Assembly (NCBI GenBank): GCA_963827685.1
Contig: CAWHBU010000002.1
Location: forward strand, 800,001-864,000
Source of the DNA: an uncultured delta proteobacterium
GTDB taxonomy: Bacteria > Desulfobacterota > BSN033 > UBA1163
Length of the DNA stretch: 64,000 bases
Direction: 5' to 3'
This document shows positions 9,799 through 20,300 of this stretch, piece after piece. Numbering within the stretch: position 1 is the first letter of the stretch; each line of letters opens with the position of its first letter. A program made the position numbers and the translations under genes. The notes under the pieces were generated by a model. The model was not told the origin of the DNA, made no database searches, and saw only the letters and a list, made by a program, of their open reading frames with translations.

Positions 9799-11007
9799 AT
9801 GCCAATTTATAAATGGGAAGGGAAAACAGCTAAAGGAGCCATCAAAAAGGGAGAGATGGAAGCTCCCAGCGAGGCTGCCATTCGAATCCACCTTCGACAG
9901 CAGAATGTCATCCCGACCAAAATCAGTGCCAAGGGAAAAGAGATCACGATTTCTTTGCCTTTCTTTAAGAAAAAGGTAAAACAACGATCGGTTGCTATTT
10001 TTACACGACAACTTGCCACCATGATTGATGCAGGATTGCCGCTGGTTCAATCATTAGAAATTCTCTCCTCACAACAAGACGATAAACTTTTCAAAAATAT
10101 TATCCGGGAGATCAAGGAAGATGTGGAGGGAGGTTCTACCTTTGCCGGAGCCCTTAAAAAACATCCCGTAACCTTCACTGAATTGTATACGAACTTAGTT
10201 GTCGCAGGTGAGGAAGGTGGGATCTTAGACACTATTTTGACCCGTCTCGCGAGCTACATTGAAAAGGCGGAAGCTCTGAAAAAGAAGGTTAAATCGGCAC
10301 TCGTGTATCCGGCCACCATTGTGACCGTGGCTATCGCTGTCGTAATGATCTTGATGATCTTTGTCATCCCTGTCTTTGAAAGCATGTTTAAATCAGCCGG
10401 GCAATCCTTGCCTCTCCCTACGGTTATCGTACTCACGATCAGTAAGCTGATCAAAAATACCTTCTACATTATTATCCCGGCCCTCTTCCTCTTGTTTTAT
10501 CTGTTCAAAAAATATTATCAGACTCAAAGCGGAAGGGCTATCGTTGACCGTCTTCTCTTGAAACTGCCTGTGTTTGGACCGTTATTTAAAAAGATTGCCG
10601 TGGCCCGCTTCTCACGGACATTAGGAACTCTGGTCAGCAGCGGGGTTCCCATCTTAGACGGATTAAGTATTGTTTCAAGAACCTCAGGAAATAGAGCCAT
10701 TGAGATAGCCATTATGAATGCGAGAGCCAGCATTCGGGAAGGTGAAACCATTGCAGAGCCCTTGAACCGAAGTACTCTCTTCCCCCCCATGGTCATCCAG
10801 ATGATCGCGGTGGGAGAATCCACAGGAGCGTTGGACGCCATGCTGTCCAAAATTGCAGAGTTTTATGAGGAAGAAGTGGATGTTGCAGTGGCCAATTTGA
10901 CCTCCCTTCTCGAACCCCTACTGATGATCTTTTTAGGAGTCGTGATCGGAGGTGTTGTAATCGCCATGTATCTTCCCATCTTCAACATGGCCTCGGCGGT
11001 GGGTTAG
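9799..11007 (+). CDS. pilC: Type IV pilus inner-membrane platform protein
   Basis: FTRQLATMIDAGLPL, AGEEGGILD, VGESTGALD and AMYLPIF motifs; follows pilB-pilT. Confidence 0.95.
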   Translation: MPIYKWEGKTAKGAIKKGEMEAPSEAAIRIHLRQQNVIPTKISAKGKEITISLPFFKKKVKQRSVAIFTRQLATMIDAGLPLVQSLEILSSQQDDKLFKNIIREIKEDVEGGSTFAGALKKHPVTFTELYTNLVVAGEEGGILDTILTRLASYIEKAEALKKKVKSALVYPATIVTVAIAVVMILMIFVIPVFESMFKSAGQSLPLPTVIVLTISKLIKNTFYIIIPALFLLFYLFKKYYQTQSGRAIVDRLLLKLPVFGPLFKKIAVARFSRTLGTLVSSGVPILDGLSIVSRTSGNRAIEIAIMNARASIREGETIAEPLNRSTLFPPMVIQMIAVGESTGALDAMLSKIAEFYEEEVDVAVANLTSLLEPLLMIFLGVVIGGVVIAMYLPIFNMASAVG

Positions 11008-11047
11008 ATTTCCTCCTGTTCCATATCCTGTTGAATGGCGGAATTGA

Positions 11048-12757
11048 ATGGACACGAATTCAACCCTTTCACTCGATACACACCCAAAAATGTTAAAAAA
11101 TGTGGAGGGATTGATGTTGGGTCGCATCATCATCCTCACCCTTCTCCTCACCATCACCTTCCTTTTCCAACTTTCTGAAAAGAAATATTTTTTCATCCCC
11201 ATGACCAATACCTTCTATTATTTCATAGGACTTCTTTACTTGGTGACCATCGTTTATTCGATTTTTTTAAGAAGAATTAAAGACCTCTACCGATTTGCAT
11301 TTTCCCAAATTGTCATCGATCAACTCTTTATCACGGCTTTGATCTATTTTACGGGGGGAAAGGAAAGCTTTTTCCCCATCGTCTACATTTTCTCGATCAT
11401 TGCAAGCAGCACGATTTTTTACAAGCGGGGAGCTCTCCTTTCCGCTTCTCTCTCCTCGCTTCTCTATGGCCTCCTCTTATTACTCCAACTTTATCATTGG
11501 ATTAATCCCTTAGGCCAACCTTCTATTTACGACGCCAGCCAAATCTTTTACTCCTTGATCATTTACATGGCCACCTTTTATATCGTCGCTTTCCTGAGCA
11601 GCGCGATATCGGAGGAGTTGAAGAAAAAGAAAAGAGAACTCGTCCAGAAACAAGTAGATTACAATCGATTAGAGACTTTCAATCGAAATATTATTCAGAG
11701 TCTGGATAGCGGCCTTCTGACAATCGATCTCTACGGGAACATCAATTTCCTAAATCGAACCGCTGAAAAGATCTTGAACCGGAACGGAGAGTCATTGAAA
11801 GACACTTCTATTTATCACTTGTTTCCAAAAATTAATGAGATGGTCGAGCAAGTTAAAAGGAAGGTCTCGGAGTCCTCCCCTGACTATCAACGTTATGAGA
11901 GTCTTTTGACCAATCATGATGGAAGGACAATTTATCTTGGATTTTCCATCTCTCCCCTGACGAACCCAGAGGGATCACTGATCGGCCATACCCTGATTTT
12001 TCAGGACATTACGAAATTTAAGGAGATGGAAGAGCAGATGAAACGGGGGGATAAGATGGCAGCCGTTGGATTACTGGCCGCAGGAATGGCACACGAAATC
12101 AGAAACCCGTTGGCATCCCTAAGCGGGTCCGTTCAAATGTTAAGAACTGAACTCACCTTAGATGATCACCAGCAGCATCTCATGGAGATCACCTTGAGGG
12201 AAGCGGAAAGGTTAAATGCCTTGATCACAGACTTTTTACTTTTTGCACAACCTCCTCAAACCAATAAAATTCTTACTCCGATAGGAAGGATTCTCGAGGA
12301 AACCATAGACCTCTTTATCCATTCCCCTTCCTTTCATGACGGAATCCGTATCCTCCGACCGAGTAGCCAGGAGGAGATACGGGTCTCGATCGACCCTGAC
12401 CAGATGAAACAGGTTTTTTGGAACCTTTTTATTAATGCGGCCCAGTCGATGTCCGATGGTGGAAAAATTCAGATCCAATTGGGTAAAGGGAAGGCCCTGG
12501 GGGTCACCGGCCTCTCCCCCTCGCCCCAGGGGAGAGGAAAGGAATGGGTAAAGATTTCCATCACGGATTCTGGAAGTGGGATTGCTCTGGAAGAGAAGGA
12601 GAAAATCTTTGAGCCTTTTTTTACGACCAAAGAGAATGGAACGGGATTGGGCCTTTCGATCGTCCATAAAATCGTTGAAAACCATAAGGGATTGATCAAG
12701 GTGGAAAGTGAGTTGGGCAGGGGATCCACCTTTAGCATTTTTCTCCCTGTCGATTAA
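11048..12757 (+). CDS. pilS: Sensor histidine kinase PilS
   Basis: Multi-TM N-terminus with YFTGG, PAS region, H-box AHEIRNPL, IFEPFFTTK and GTGLGL. Position in pilBTCSR. Start could be ATG 11090. Confidence 0.88.
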   Translation: MDTNSTLSLDTHPKMLKNVEGLMLGRIIILTLLLTITFLFQLSEKKYFFIPMTNTFYYFIGLLYLVTIVYSIFLRRIKDLYRFAFSQIVIDQLFITALIYFTGGKESFFPIVYIFSIIASSTIFYKRGALLSASLSSLLYGLLLLLQLYHWINPLGQPSIYDASQIFYSLIIYMATFYIVAFLSSAISEELKKKKRELVQKQVDYNRLETFNRNIIQSLDSGLLTIDLYGNINFLNRTAEKILNRNGESLKDTSIYHLFPKINEMVEQVKRKVSESSPDYQRYESLLTNHDGRTIYLGFSISPLTNPEGSLIGHTLIFQDITKFKEMEEQMKRGDKMAAVGLLAAGMAHEIRNPLASLSGSVQMLRTELTLDDHQQHLMEITLREAERLNALITDFLLFAQPPQTNKILTPIGRILEETIDLFIHSPSFHDGIRILRPSSQEEIRVSIDPDQMKQVFWNLFINAAQSMSDGGKIQIQLGKGKALGVTGLSPSPQGRGKEWVKISITDSGSGIALEEKEKIFEPFFTTKENGTGLGLSIVHKIVENHKGLIKVESELGRGSTFSIFLPVD

Positions 12758-12772
12758 AAAGAGGACATAAGC

Positions 12773-14173
12773 ATGATCAAGGACAAAATCTTAGTGGCCG
12801 ATGACGAACAAAGCATGAGGGAATTCTTAGACATCATGCTGAAAAAGGAGGGGTACAGAGTTTCACTTGCCTCGAATGGAGAGGAAGTCGCCAAACTGGT
12901 CGAGAATGATCTCTTTGACTTGGTCCTCCTGGATATTCGCATGCCCAGGCTGGATGGAATCTCTGCATTAAAAAAGATTAAGGCCAACGCCCCGGAAACC
13001 ATTGTGATCATGATCACTGCTTATGCTTCTGCGGACACGGCCATCAAGGCGATGAAGGAAGGGGCCTATGACTACATCACGAAACCGTTCAAGGTCGAAG
13101 AGATCAAATTGATCATAAAAAATGCGTTGGAAAAGAAGAATCTCCAAAAGGAAAACATCCTCCTAAAACAGGTGGTCCGGGACCGTTTTCATTTTGGGAA
13201 TATCATCGGGCAAAGCCCCAAAATGGTAGCTTTGTATGATCTTTTGGAGAAAGTATCTCCCACCAAAACAAATATTTTGATTACCGGAGAAAGCGGAACA
13301 GGCAAAGAGTTGGTGGCGAAGGCGATCCATTATAATAGTCCCCGGAAAGAAAAACCTTTCGTCACCTTAAATTGCGGCGCCATCCCCGAATCTCTCATCG
13401 AAAGTGAACTCTTTGGCCACATGAAAGGGGCCTTCACCGATGCCATTGCTACCAAAAAGGGATTGTTTGAAGTGGCCGATGAGGGGACGATCTTCTTGGA
13501 TGAAATCAGTGAATTGCCTCTCCTCATGCAAGTGAAATTATTACGCGTATTACAGGATAAAGAATTCAAAAGAGTGGGCGGGACGGAAGACATCCGGGTG
13601 GATGTCCGAATTATCGCTGCCACGAATAAAGACCTCGAAGAGGGGGTGAAAGAAAAGCGCTTTCGCGAAGATTTATTTTATCGTCTCAATGTCATCCAGA
13701 TTAAACTTCCACCTTTAAGGGATCGGAAAGAAGATATCCAAATTCTGGCCAACCATTTTCTAAAAAAATATTCCCAAGAGTTGACAAAAAGCATTTTGAA
13801 GATCACCCCAGAGGCACTCCAGATTCTGCTAAATTACGAATATCCGGGCAATGTGAGAGAACTTCAGAATATTATTGAAAGGGCAGTCGCTTTGGAGAGT
13901 CACCAAGAACTCACCGCACACAATCTGAGTTCTTATTTAAGCGAACACCCCCTTCAGAGAAAAGGACCGATTGACATCGAGATTCCGACTGAGGGAATTG
14001 ACCTTGAAAAAATGGTGGAGGATCTTGAGAGGAGTCTTCTGATGAAAGCGTTGGATAGAACAAAAGGGATTAAAAAGAAAGCGGCAGAGCTTCTGCACAT
14101 TAATTTCCGTTCCATGCGTTACCGGTTAGAAAAATACGGATTGAATCACGGGGTAGATTCTGAGCTGGATTGA
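12773..14173 (+). CDS. pilR: Sigma-54-dependent response regulator PilR (NtrC family)
   Basis: Receiver domain, GESGTGKE, ELFGHMKGAFTDA, FREDLFYRLNV, PGNVRELQN and a C-terminal HTH ending FRSMRYRLEK. Confidence 0.9.
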   Translation: MIKDKILVADDEQSMREFLDIMLKKEGYRVSLASNGEEVAKLVENDLFDLVLLDIRMPRLDGISALKKIKANAPETIVIMITAYASADTAIKAMKEGAYDYITKPFKVEEIKLIIKNALEKKNLQKENILLKQVVRDRFHFGNIIGQSPKMVALYDLLEKVSPTKTNILITGESGTGKELVAKAIHYNSPRKEKPFVTLNCGAIPESLIESELFGHMKGAFTDAIATKKGLFEVADEGTIFLDEISELPLLMQVKLLRVLQDKEFKRVGGTEDIRVDVRIIAATNKDLEEGVKEKRFREDLFYRLNVIQIKLPPLRDRKEDIQILANHFLKKYSQELTKSILKITPEALQILLNYEYPGNVRELQNIIERAVALESHQELTAHNLSSYLSEHPLQRKGPIDIEIPTEGIDLEKMVEDLERSLLMKALDRTKGIKKKAAELLHINFRSMRYRLEKYGLNHGVDSELD

Positions 14174-14195
14174 TTAGTTAGAAAATAATGTGCCC

Positions 14196-14234
14196 GTGCC
14201 TGCACGCCGAAGTGCGTTCCGGCACGCAGGCGTG
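14196..14234. repeat. GC-rich palindromic repeat downstream of pilR
   Basis: TGCCTGCACGCCGAAGTGCGTTCCGGCACGCAGGCG forms an imperfect hairpin. Confidence 0.5.
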
Positions 14235-14262
14235 TTCGTGGTGCGTGTCCGTGAGAAATCAA

Positions 14263-14295
14263 TTTTTATGGTTTGTGAGTGGCCTAACGGCCATG
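14263..14295 (-). repeat. Short dispersed repeat (CATGGCC...CAC.C.CAAAC.AT.AA), copy 1
   Basis: TTTTTATGGTTTGTGAGTGGCCTAACGGCCATG is similar to CTTCATCGTTTGAGGGTGTACAAACTGGCCATG at 52921-52953. Confidence 0.4.
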
Positions 14296-14390
14296 GACAA
14301 TGATGCAGAAAACAGGTTCCGTCCAACGGTAAGGATAAGGATGCCCGTATCATTTAGGGGCGATAAACGATGAACAGTGTATTACCTTTT

Positions 14391-14439
14391 TTGTTCATTG
14401 TTCATTGTCCATTGTCCGTTGTCCATCGTTCATTGTCCG
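14391..14439. repeat. Degenerate 7-bp tandem repeat (TTGTYCA)n
   Basis: ttgttca ttgttca ttgtcca ttgtccg ttgtcca tcgttca ttgtccg. Confidence 0.75.
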
Positions 14440-14511
14440 AAATAAGCCTCCTATCCATAACCTTAAGCTATGGTTCTCCCAGCTTTTTTGTGAGTTACCT
14501 CCCCTTAATGA

Positions 14512-16263
14512 TCATTTCCTTTTGAACTGTTTTTTTAATTCATCCAAAGGGAGGACAAAAAAGATGGGGCGCCCATGAGGACAGGTAGCAGAAGGATGGA
14601 AGGTAATAAGATTCTCCATCAATTTGTCTATCTCTTCTTTTTTCAATAAAAGGTTCCCCCGTACGGCAGAATGACAAGCCAACGTGACCAAAAGGGTATG
14701 AATCGTCTCCTCCCCCTTCCCTTGTCTTTCTAAAAGAGAGAGCTCATCCAATATCCCCCTAACGATTTCTTTCGGATCCTTTTCATCAATCAAAGACGGG
14801 ATCGATCGAATAGCAAATAGCTTTTCACCAACAGGCTCGATTTCGAATCCAATTCCCTTCAATGCCTCCCCAGCCGATTCGAGAATATACGATTCCTCTA
14901 CAGACAACTCGATCAAAATGGGAAGAAGTAATTTTTCTGAAATCATCGACCTATTTTCATACTCTTTTTTAAATTTTTCAAAAAGAATTCTCTCATGAGC
15001 GGCATGTTGGTCAATAAAGATTAAACTCTCCTTTCCTTCGCAGAGAATATAGGTCCCCTGGATTTGTCCAAGAACGGTATAGGGCCATTTTTTCTCGGCT
15101 TTCCATGAAATTCCTCCCGCATCCTGAACCAAGAGCATTCCTTCTTCTTTTCCGCTCATCAAGAAGGAAGGGGGAGATGAAGTTTCTTGACCAAAAAAAG
15201 AGGGCTGAGCCCTCCTTTGAAAAACCTCTTTTCTTCCCGTCCCTCCTGGAGCCATTTCTTCGAACCGGGAGGGACCTTCTTCAAGCACCATCCGAATGGC
15301 AGCGAAAACAGCCTGGTACACTCTATCGGGATCCCTAAATTTCACCTCGGCCTTGGTCGGGTGAACATTCACATCGACCGCAGAAGGAGGAAGGGTGATG
15401 AAGAGGATGACGACAGGGAATTCATTGCCGGGAAGGATATGGCGATAGGCATCTAAAACGGCTTTATAAACCATCCGGTCCTTGATAAAGCGCTGGTTGA
15501 CATAGAAATAAATACCCTCGGGATTTTTTTTCGAAAAGGACGGAAGACTGGCAAACCCCGAGACCCTGATTCCCTCCTCTTCGAATTCAATCGGCTGGAG
15601 ATGACGATAAATCTCTTTTCCAAAAATAGCTTCGATTCGAACCAAAGGGGATTCTGTTTTGAGATGTTCATGGAGGGTCCGGCCGTCATGAATGAACTTA
15701 AACGAAATCGTGGGGTGAGAAAGACTCAATCGGAGAAAGTGATTTAAAGCAAGGCGAAGTTCCGAACGGATCGATTTCAAAAATTTTCTTTTTACCGGAA
15801 TATTGTAGAAAAGATCTCTGACTTCCACTTCAGTCCCAATAGGACAACCTATCTCCGAGATACTCTTCATCTCACCCCCTTCACAGATCGCTTTCGTTCC
15901 GCTGAGAGAATCATGTGCCTTTGTCTGAAGGGTCATTTTAGAAACTTGGGAAATGCTCGGAAGAGCCTCTCCTCTGAATCCTAATGTGTGAATGGCGTAA
16001 AGATCCTCCGCTTTCTTAATCTTGCTGGTGGCGTATCTTTGGAAGGCTAACGGAACATCCTCCTGATCCATCCCCTCCCCGCGATCCGCCACTCGAATCA
16101 GTTGGAGCCCTCCGGCCTTTAACTCGACGGTGATTTCTGAACTCCCAGCATCGATGGCGTTCTCCATCAGCTCTTTCACAACGGAAGCGGGTCTTTCAAT
16201 CACCTCCCCCGCGGCGATGACCTGTGAAATGGATTCTGGCAAAATCTCAATTCTTCTCGGCAT
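14512..16263 (-). CDS. mutL: DNA mismatch repair endonuclease
   Basis: IAAGEVIERPASVVKELMENAIDAG, GFRGEAL, VDVNVHPTK, DQHAAHERILFE, ACH and CPHGRP motifs. Confidence 0.96.
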   Translation of the reverse strand: MPRRIEILPESISQVIAAGEVIERPASVVKELMENAIDAGSSEITVELKAGGLQLIRVADRGEGMDQEDVPLAFQRYATSKIKKAEDLYAIHTLGFRGEALPSISQVSKMTLQTKAHDSLSGTKAICEGGEMKSISEIGCPIGTEVEVRDLFYNIPVKRKFLKSIRSELRLALNHFLRLSLSHPTISFKFIHDGRTLHEHLKTESPLVRIEAIFGKEIYRHLQPIEFEEEGIRVSGFASLPSFSKKNPEGIYFYVNQRFIKDRMVYKAVLDAYRHILPGNEFPVVILFITLPPSAVDVNVHPTKAEVKFRDPDRVYQAVFAAIRMVLEEGPSRFEEMAPGGTGRKEVFQRRAQPSFFGQETSSPPSFLMSGKEEGMLLVQDAGGISWKAEKKWPYTVLGQIQGTYILCEGKESLIFIDQHAAHERILFEKFKKEYENRSMISEKLLLPILIELSVEESYILESAGEALKGIGFEIEPVGEKLFAIRSIPSLIDEKDPKEIVRGILDELSLLERQGKGEETIHTLLVTLACHSAVRGNLLLKKEEIDKLMENLITFHPSATCPHGRPIFFVLPLDELKKQFKRK

Positions 16264-16362
16264 CGTCTTTTCGATTTAGAAAAGTTGCAAGGAAAATAGT
16301 TTTGGGATTCAGGAATAAATCCAGGTATCTAAGACTTATCTTTTGATTCCACACTCGACCTT

Positions 16363-17333
16363 CTAACCTCTCCCGTCATCCATGAAGGCACCCATTCTTC
16401 TAAACTTTTCATATCGGAGGTTCAATAATTCCTCCGTGCTCATTCTTTCCAATTCCTTCAAGTGTCGCTCTATGACCTCTTTCAAAGTTTCTGCCATCCC
16501 CTGTGGGTCTCGATGAGCTCCCCCAAGGGTTCTCTGACAATCTCATCGATCACGCCCAATCGAAATAAATCGGCAGCGGTCAGTTTCAACGAATCTGCGG
16601 CGGCTTCCTTTCCTTTCTCCCCATCTTTCCAAAGGATTGCTGCACATCCCTCTGGAGAAATTACGGAATAGATCGAGTGCTCTAACATCAAGATTCGATC
16701 TCCCACACCAATGCCCAAGGCCCCTCCACTTCCGCCTTCTCCAATGACCACGGCGATGATCGGTGTCCGGAGCATGGCCATCATTTCAAGATTTCTCGCA
16801 ATGGCCTCTGCCTGACCTCTCTCTTCAGCACCCACTCCGGGGAAGGCACCGGGCGTATCGATCATTGTCAAGACGGGTTTGTTAAACGTCTCCGCCATTT
16901 TCATTAACCTCAGGGCTTTGCGATATCCTTCGGGATGAGGCATCCCGAAATTCCGATAGGCCATCTCATTTGCATCCGCTCCCTTTTGATGAGCGATGAT
17001 GGTCACCGCCCTTCCATTAAACTTAGCCATTCCTCCGAGAATCGCGGGATCGTCTCCATAGCTTCGATCTCCATGAAGTTCAACAAAACTGTCAAACGTC
17101 CATCGGACATAATGAGAGGCTTTGGGTCGATCAATATGCCTCGCTAACTGGGTAACTTGCCACCCCGTTAAGTTGGAAAATATTTCTTTTTGCAAACGGT
17201 GGAGTTTTTCTTCCAAGCTTCCTAATTGTTCGTTGAAATGGCTGGGTTTTCCCCTGGAAAACCTTTTCAGGTTTTCAATCTCTCTTTCCAATTCAATGAG
17301 GGGTTTTTCAAATTCTAAGTAATGCTTTACCAT
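16363..17333 (-). CDS. accA: Acetyl-CoA carboxylase carboxyltransferase alpha subunit (1-nt frameshift near 3' end)
   Basis: [27 protein letters not shown] and [13 protein letters not shown]. Adding one G in the run at 16520-16524 restores [11 protein letters not shown]...RYEKFRRMG ending at TAG 16363. Confidence 0.92.
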
Positions 17334-17345
17334 CTCGTTCTCTGT

Positions 17346-20300
17346 CTATTCAAAAGAAATGAGAGAAGATTTAAAAAGATTTTGAATATGGTTTTTAAAA
17401 TGCTGAGTCGGATCGACCGTATATCGATCGGACAGAGCCACAACGGTCTCCCGCTCATTTCCAGCAATAAAGTGAAGAAGGACTTTAGACGATCCGCGGT
17501 TTGCTACAACAACCTCTTTTAAACCTGCAAGTTGGGAGGAGGTTAATGAGGAGAGTGGAATTTTCAGATGTAAAGGTTTGCCCGGAGCAAAGGTTAATTC
17601 TGAAAGAGAAGAGACTCCCGTGCCCTTTATTTTGATGTGTTCCTCGGATAGATCGAGTGTTCCCTTGACGAGAAGTGGGTCTCCTCCTCTCAAACAGGGC
17701 AGCGCCGCCCTAAAAACCTCGGGGAAAAGAATGACCTCCACAAATCCTTTCATGTCCTCCAGAGTCAAGAAAGCCATCCGATCTCCCTTCTTAGTAACGA
17801 TCTCTTTCAATCCGCTGACAAGGCCGCAGATTTTAACCTCGACCCCATTCTCAAGCTTTGAGAGAGTGGAAGTATCCAAGTCAGTATGTTTTTTGATCTC
17901 TTCCTGGTAGCGTGACAAGGGATGCCGAGAGATATAAAATCCGATCGTTTCCTTCTCAAAGGCGATCAGTTGATTTTCTGGGAATTCATCGATGTCCGCA
18001 TAGTCTTCCTTTGATTCCCCGGAGTGATCAATTAACATGCTCAGTTGAGGTTCCCCTTTCTTCTTCTGTGCCGATTGGGATTGTTCCAGGATCTCTCCAA
18101 GAGCGGTCAACATCTGAGATCGGTACGCTTTCGAGAAGTCAAAGGCTCCGCATTTAATAAGACTTTCGACCACTCGTCGATTCACTTTTCTTAAATCGAC
18201 GCGATGACAGAAATCGTACAAGGATTTAAATTTTCCATCGCCTTTTCGTTCTGACAGGATGATGTCAATAGCCGCATCCCCGACATTTTTTACGGCTGTC
18301 AAACCGAACCGGATCTGATTCCCAATGACCGCAAAATGTTTAAAACTTTCATTGATATCCGGGGGCAAGATTTCAATTTTCATCTCCCGACATTCGGATA
18401 TATACTTTACAATCTTATCCGCATTCTGCGCCTCACTCGTGAGCAAGGCAGCCATGAATTCGATCGGGTAATGAGTCTTCAGATAGGCAGTGTGATAAGC
18501 GAGCAGGGCATAGGCAGTGCTGTGGGATTTGTTGAAACCGTACCGACCGAAGGTCTCCATCTGTTCAAAAATCTTCTCCGCTTTCTTAACAGGAATCCTG
18601 TTCTTCTTGGCCCCTTCAAGAAACTTCTCTTTCTGCCTTTCCATTTCCAAGGCGTCTTTCTTGGACATCGCTCTCCGCAGATTATCTGCATCTTCGAGGC
18701 TAAAATTGGCCAAGGCGCTGGCAATGCGCATCACCTGCTCCTGATAGACAATTACCCCATAAGTATCTTTTAGGATCTCTTCCAAGGCTGGGAGTTCATA
18801 CCTTATCAATTCTTGGCCATGTTTTCGTTTGATAAACTCACCCACCATACCACTATCCAGAGGGCCCGGGCGATAAAGGGCAACTAAGGCAATGATGTCT
18901 TTGAAACTCTGTGGCTTGAGTTTAGTTAAGAGGTCACGCATCCCTGAACTTTCCAGTTGGAAAATGCCTAGGTTTGAACCAGCTCCGAGAAGGGCATAGA
19001 CTTCCGAATCATCCAACGGGATTTCAGACAGTTCAAGTTTAATGCTTCGATCCTTTTCAATTAGTTGAATCGTCTGGTCTACCACGGTCAGAGTCTTGAG
19101 TCCCAGAAAATCGAATTTGACCAAACCGATAGATTCAACCTGCTTCATGGCATACTGGGTCATCACTTCATTGTTCTGGCCCCGCTGGAGTGGAAGATAC
19201 TCCGTTAAAGGCTTATTGGCAATCACGACTCCAGCCGCATGGGTAGAGGCATGACGTGCCAAACCCTCTAAGGATTTCGCAATTTCAAACAGGGAAGCGA
19301 TTCGGGCATCCTTTGCAACCGCCTCTCTCAAGCTCGGCTCCTGCTGTAAGGCTTGGTCAAGGGTAATATCGAGTTTGTTCGGTATGAGTTTTGCAATACG
19401 ATCTACTTCTGCATAGGGAATCCCAAGGACACGGCCCACATCCCGAACGACAGCTTTCGCTTGCATCTTTCCGAAGGTGATGATCTGAGCCACATTCTCT
19501 TTCCCATACTTCTCCGATACATAGTGAATGACCTCATCCCTTCCTTCCATGCAAAAATCAACATCCACATCGGGCATGCTGTTCTTTCTTCCCGGGTTCA
19601 GAAATCTCTCAAAGATCAGATCATATTCGATCGGATCCAGGTCTGTAATGTTTAAGGCGTAAGCCACCAAACTTCCAGCTGCCGATCCCCTTCCAGGGCC
19701 GACAGGAATCTTATGGCTTTTGGCATAGTGGATAAAATCATAAACGATTAGAAAGTAACCGGGATAGCCCATCGATTTGATGATCTTGAGCTCTTCCTCA
19801 AGTCGGGCCTTATAACGGGCACAACGATCCTTGAAATCCTTCTCTCCTTGATGTCGGGAAAGCCGTCGCTCTAATCCTTCCTTGGCGAGTTTATCTAAGT
19901 AACTTTCAGCTGTTTCCCCAGCCGGGACAGCGATTCTTGGAATATGCTTCTCATCAAAACGCATCTCAAGATTGCATCGTTCCGTGATTTCAACCGTATG
20001 ATTGATCGCCTCCGGAATATTTTGGAAGAGATCGGCCATTTCTTGAGGCGATTTAAAATAAAATTCATCGGATGAAAATCTCATTCGATCGCTATCTTGG
20101 AGCGTTTTCCCGGTTTGAATGCAGAGGAGAACTTCTTGAGCCTTGGCATCCTTTCGATGGAGGTAGTGGCAATCATTCGTCGCGACCACAGGAAGAGAGA
20201 GTTGATGCCCAATCTCCAAGAGTCGCTCATTCACCTGCAGCTGGTTTTCCACGCCGTTGTTTTGAATTTCAACAAAAAATCGCCGGTCGTTAAAAATCTT

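Noticed and set aside
14188-14373. 61-aa ORF after pilR as a possible pilin
   Set aside because: No class III signal peptide (G/FTLIE) or hydrophobic helix; it is translated palindromic repeat sequence.
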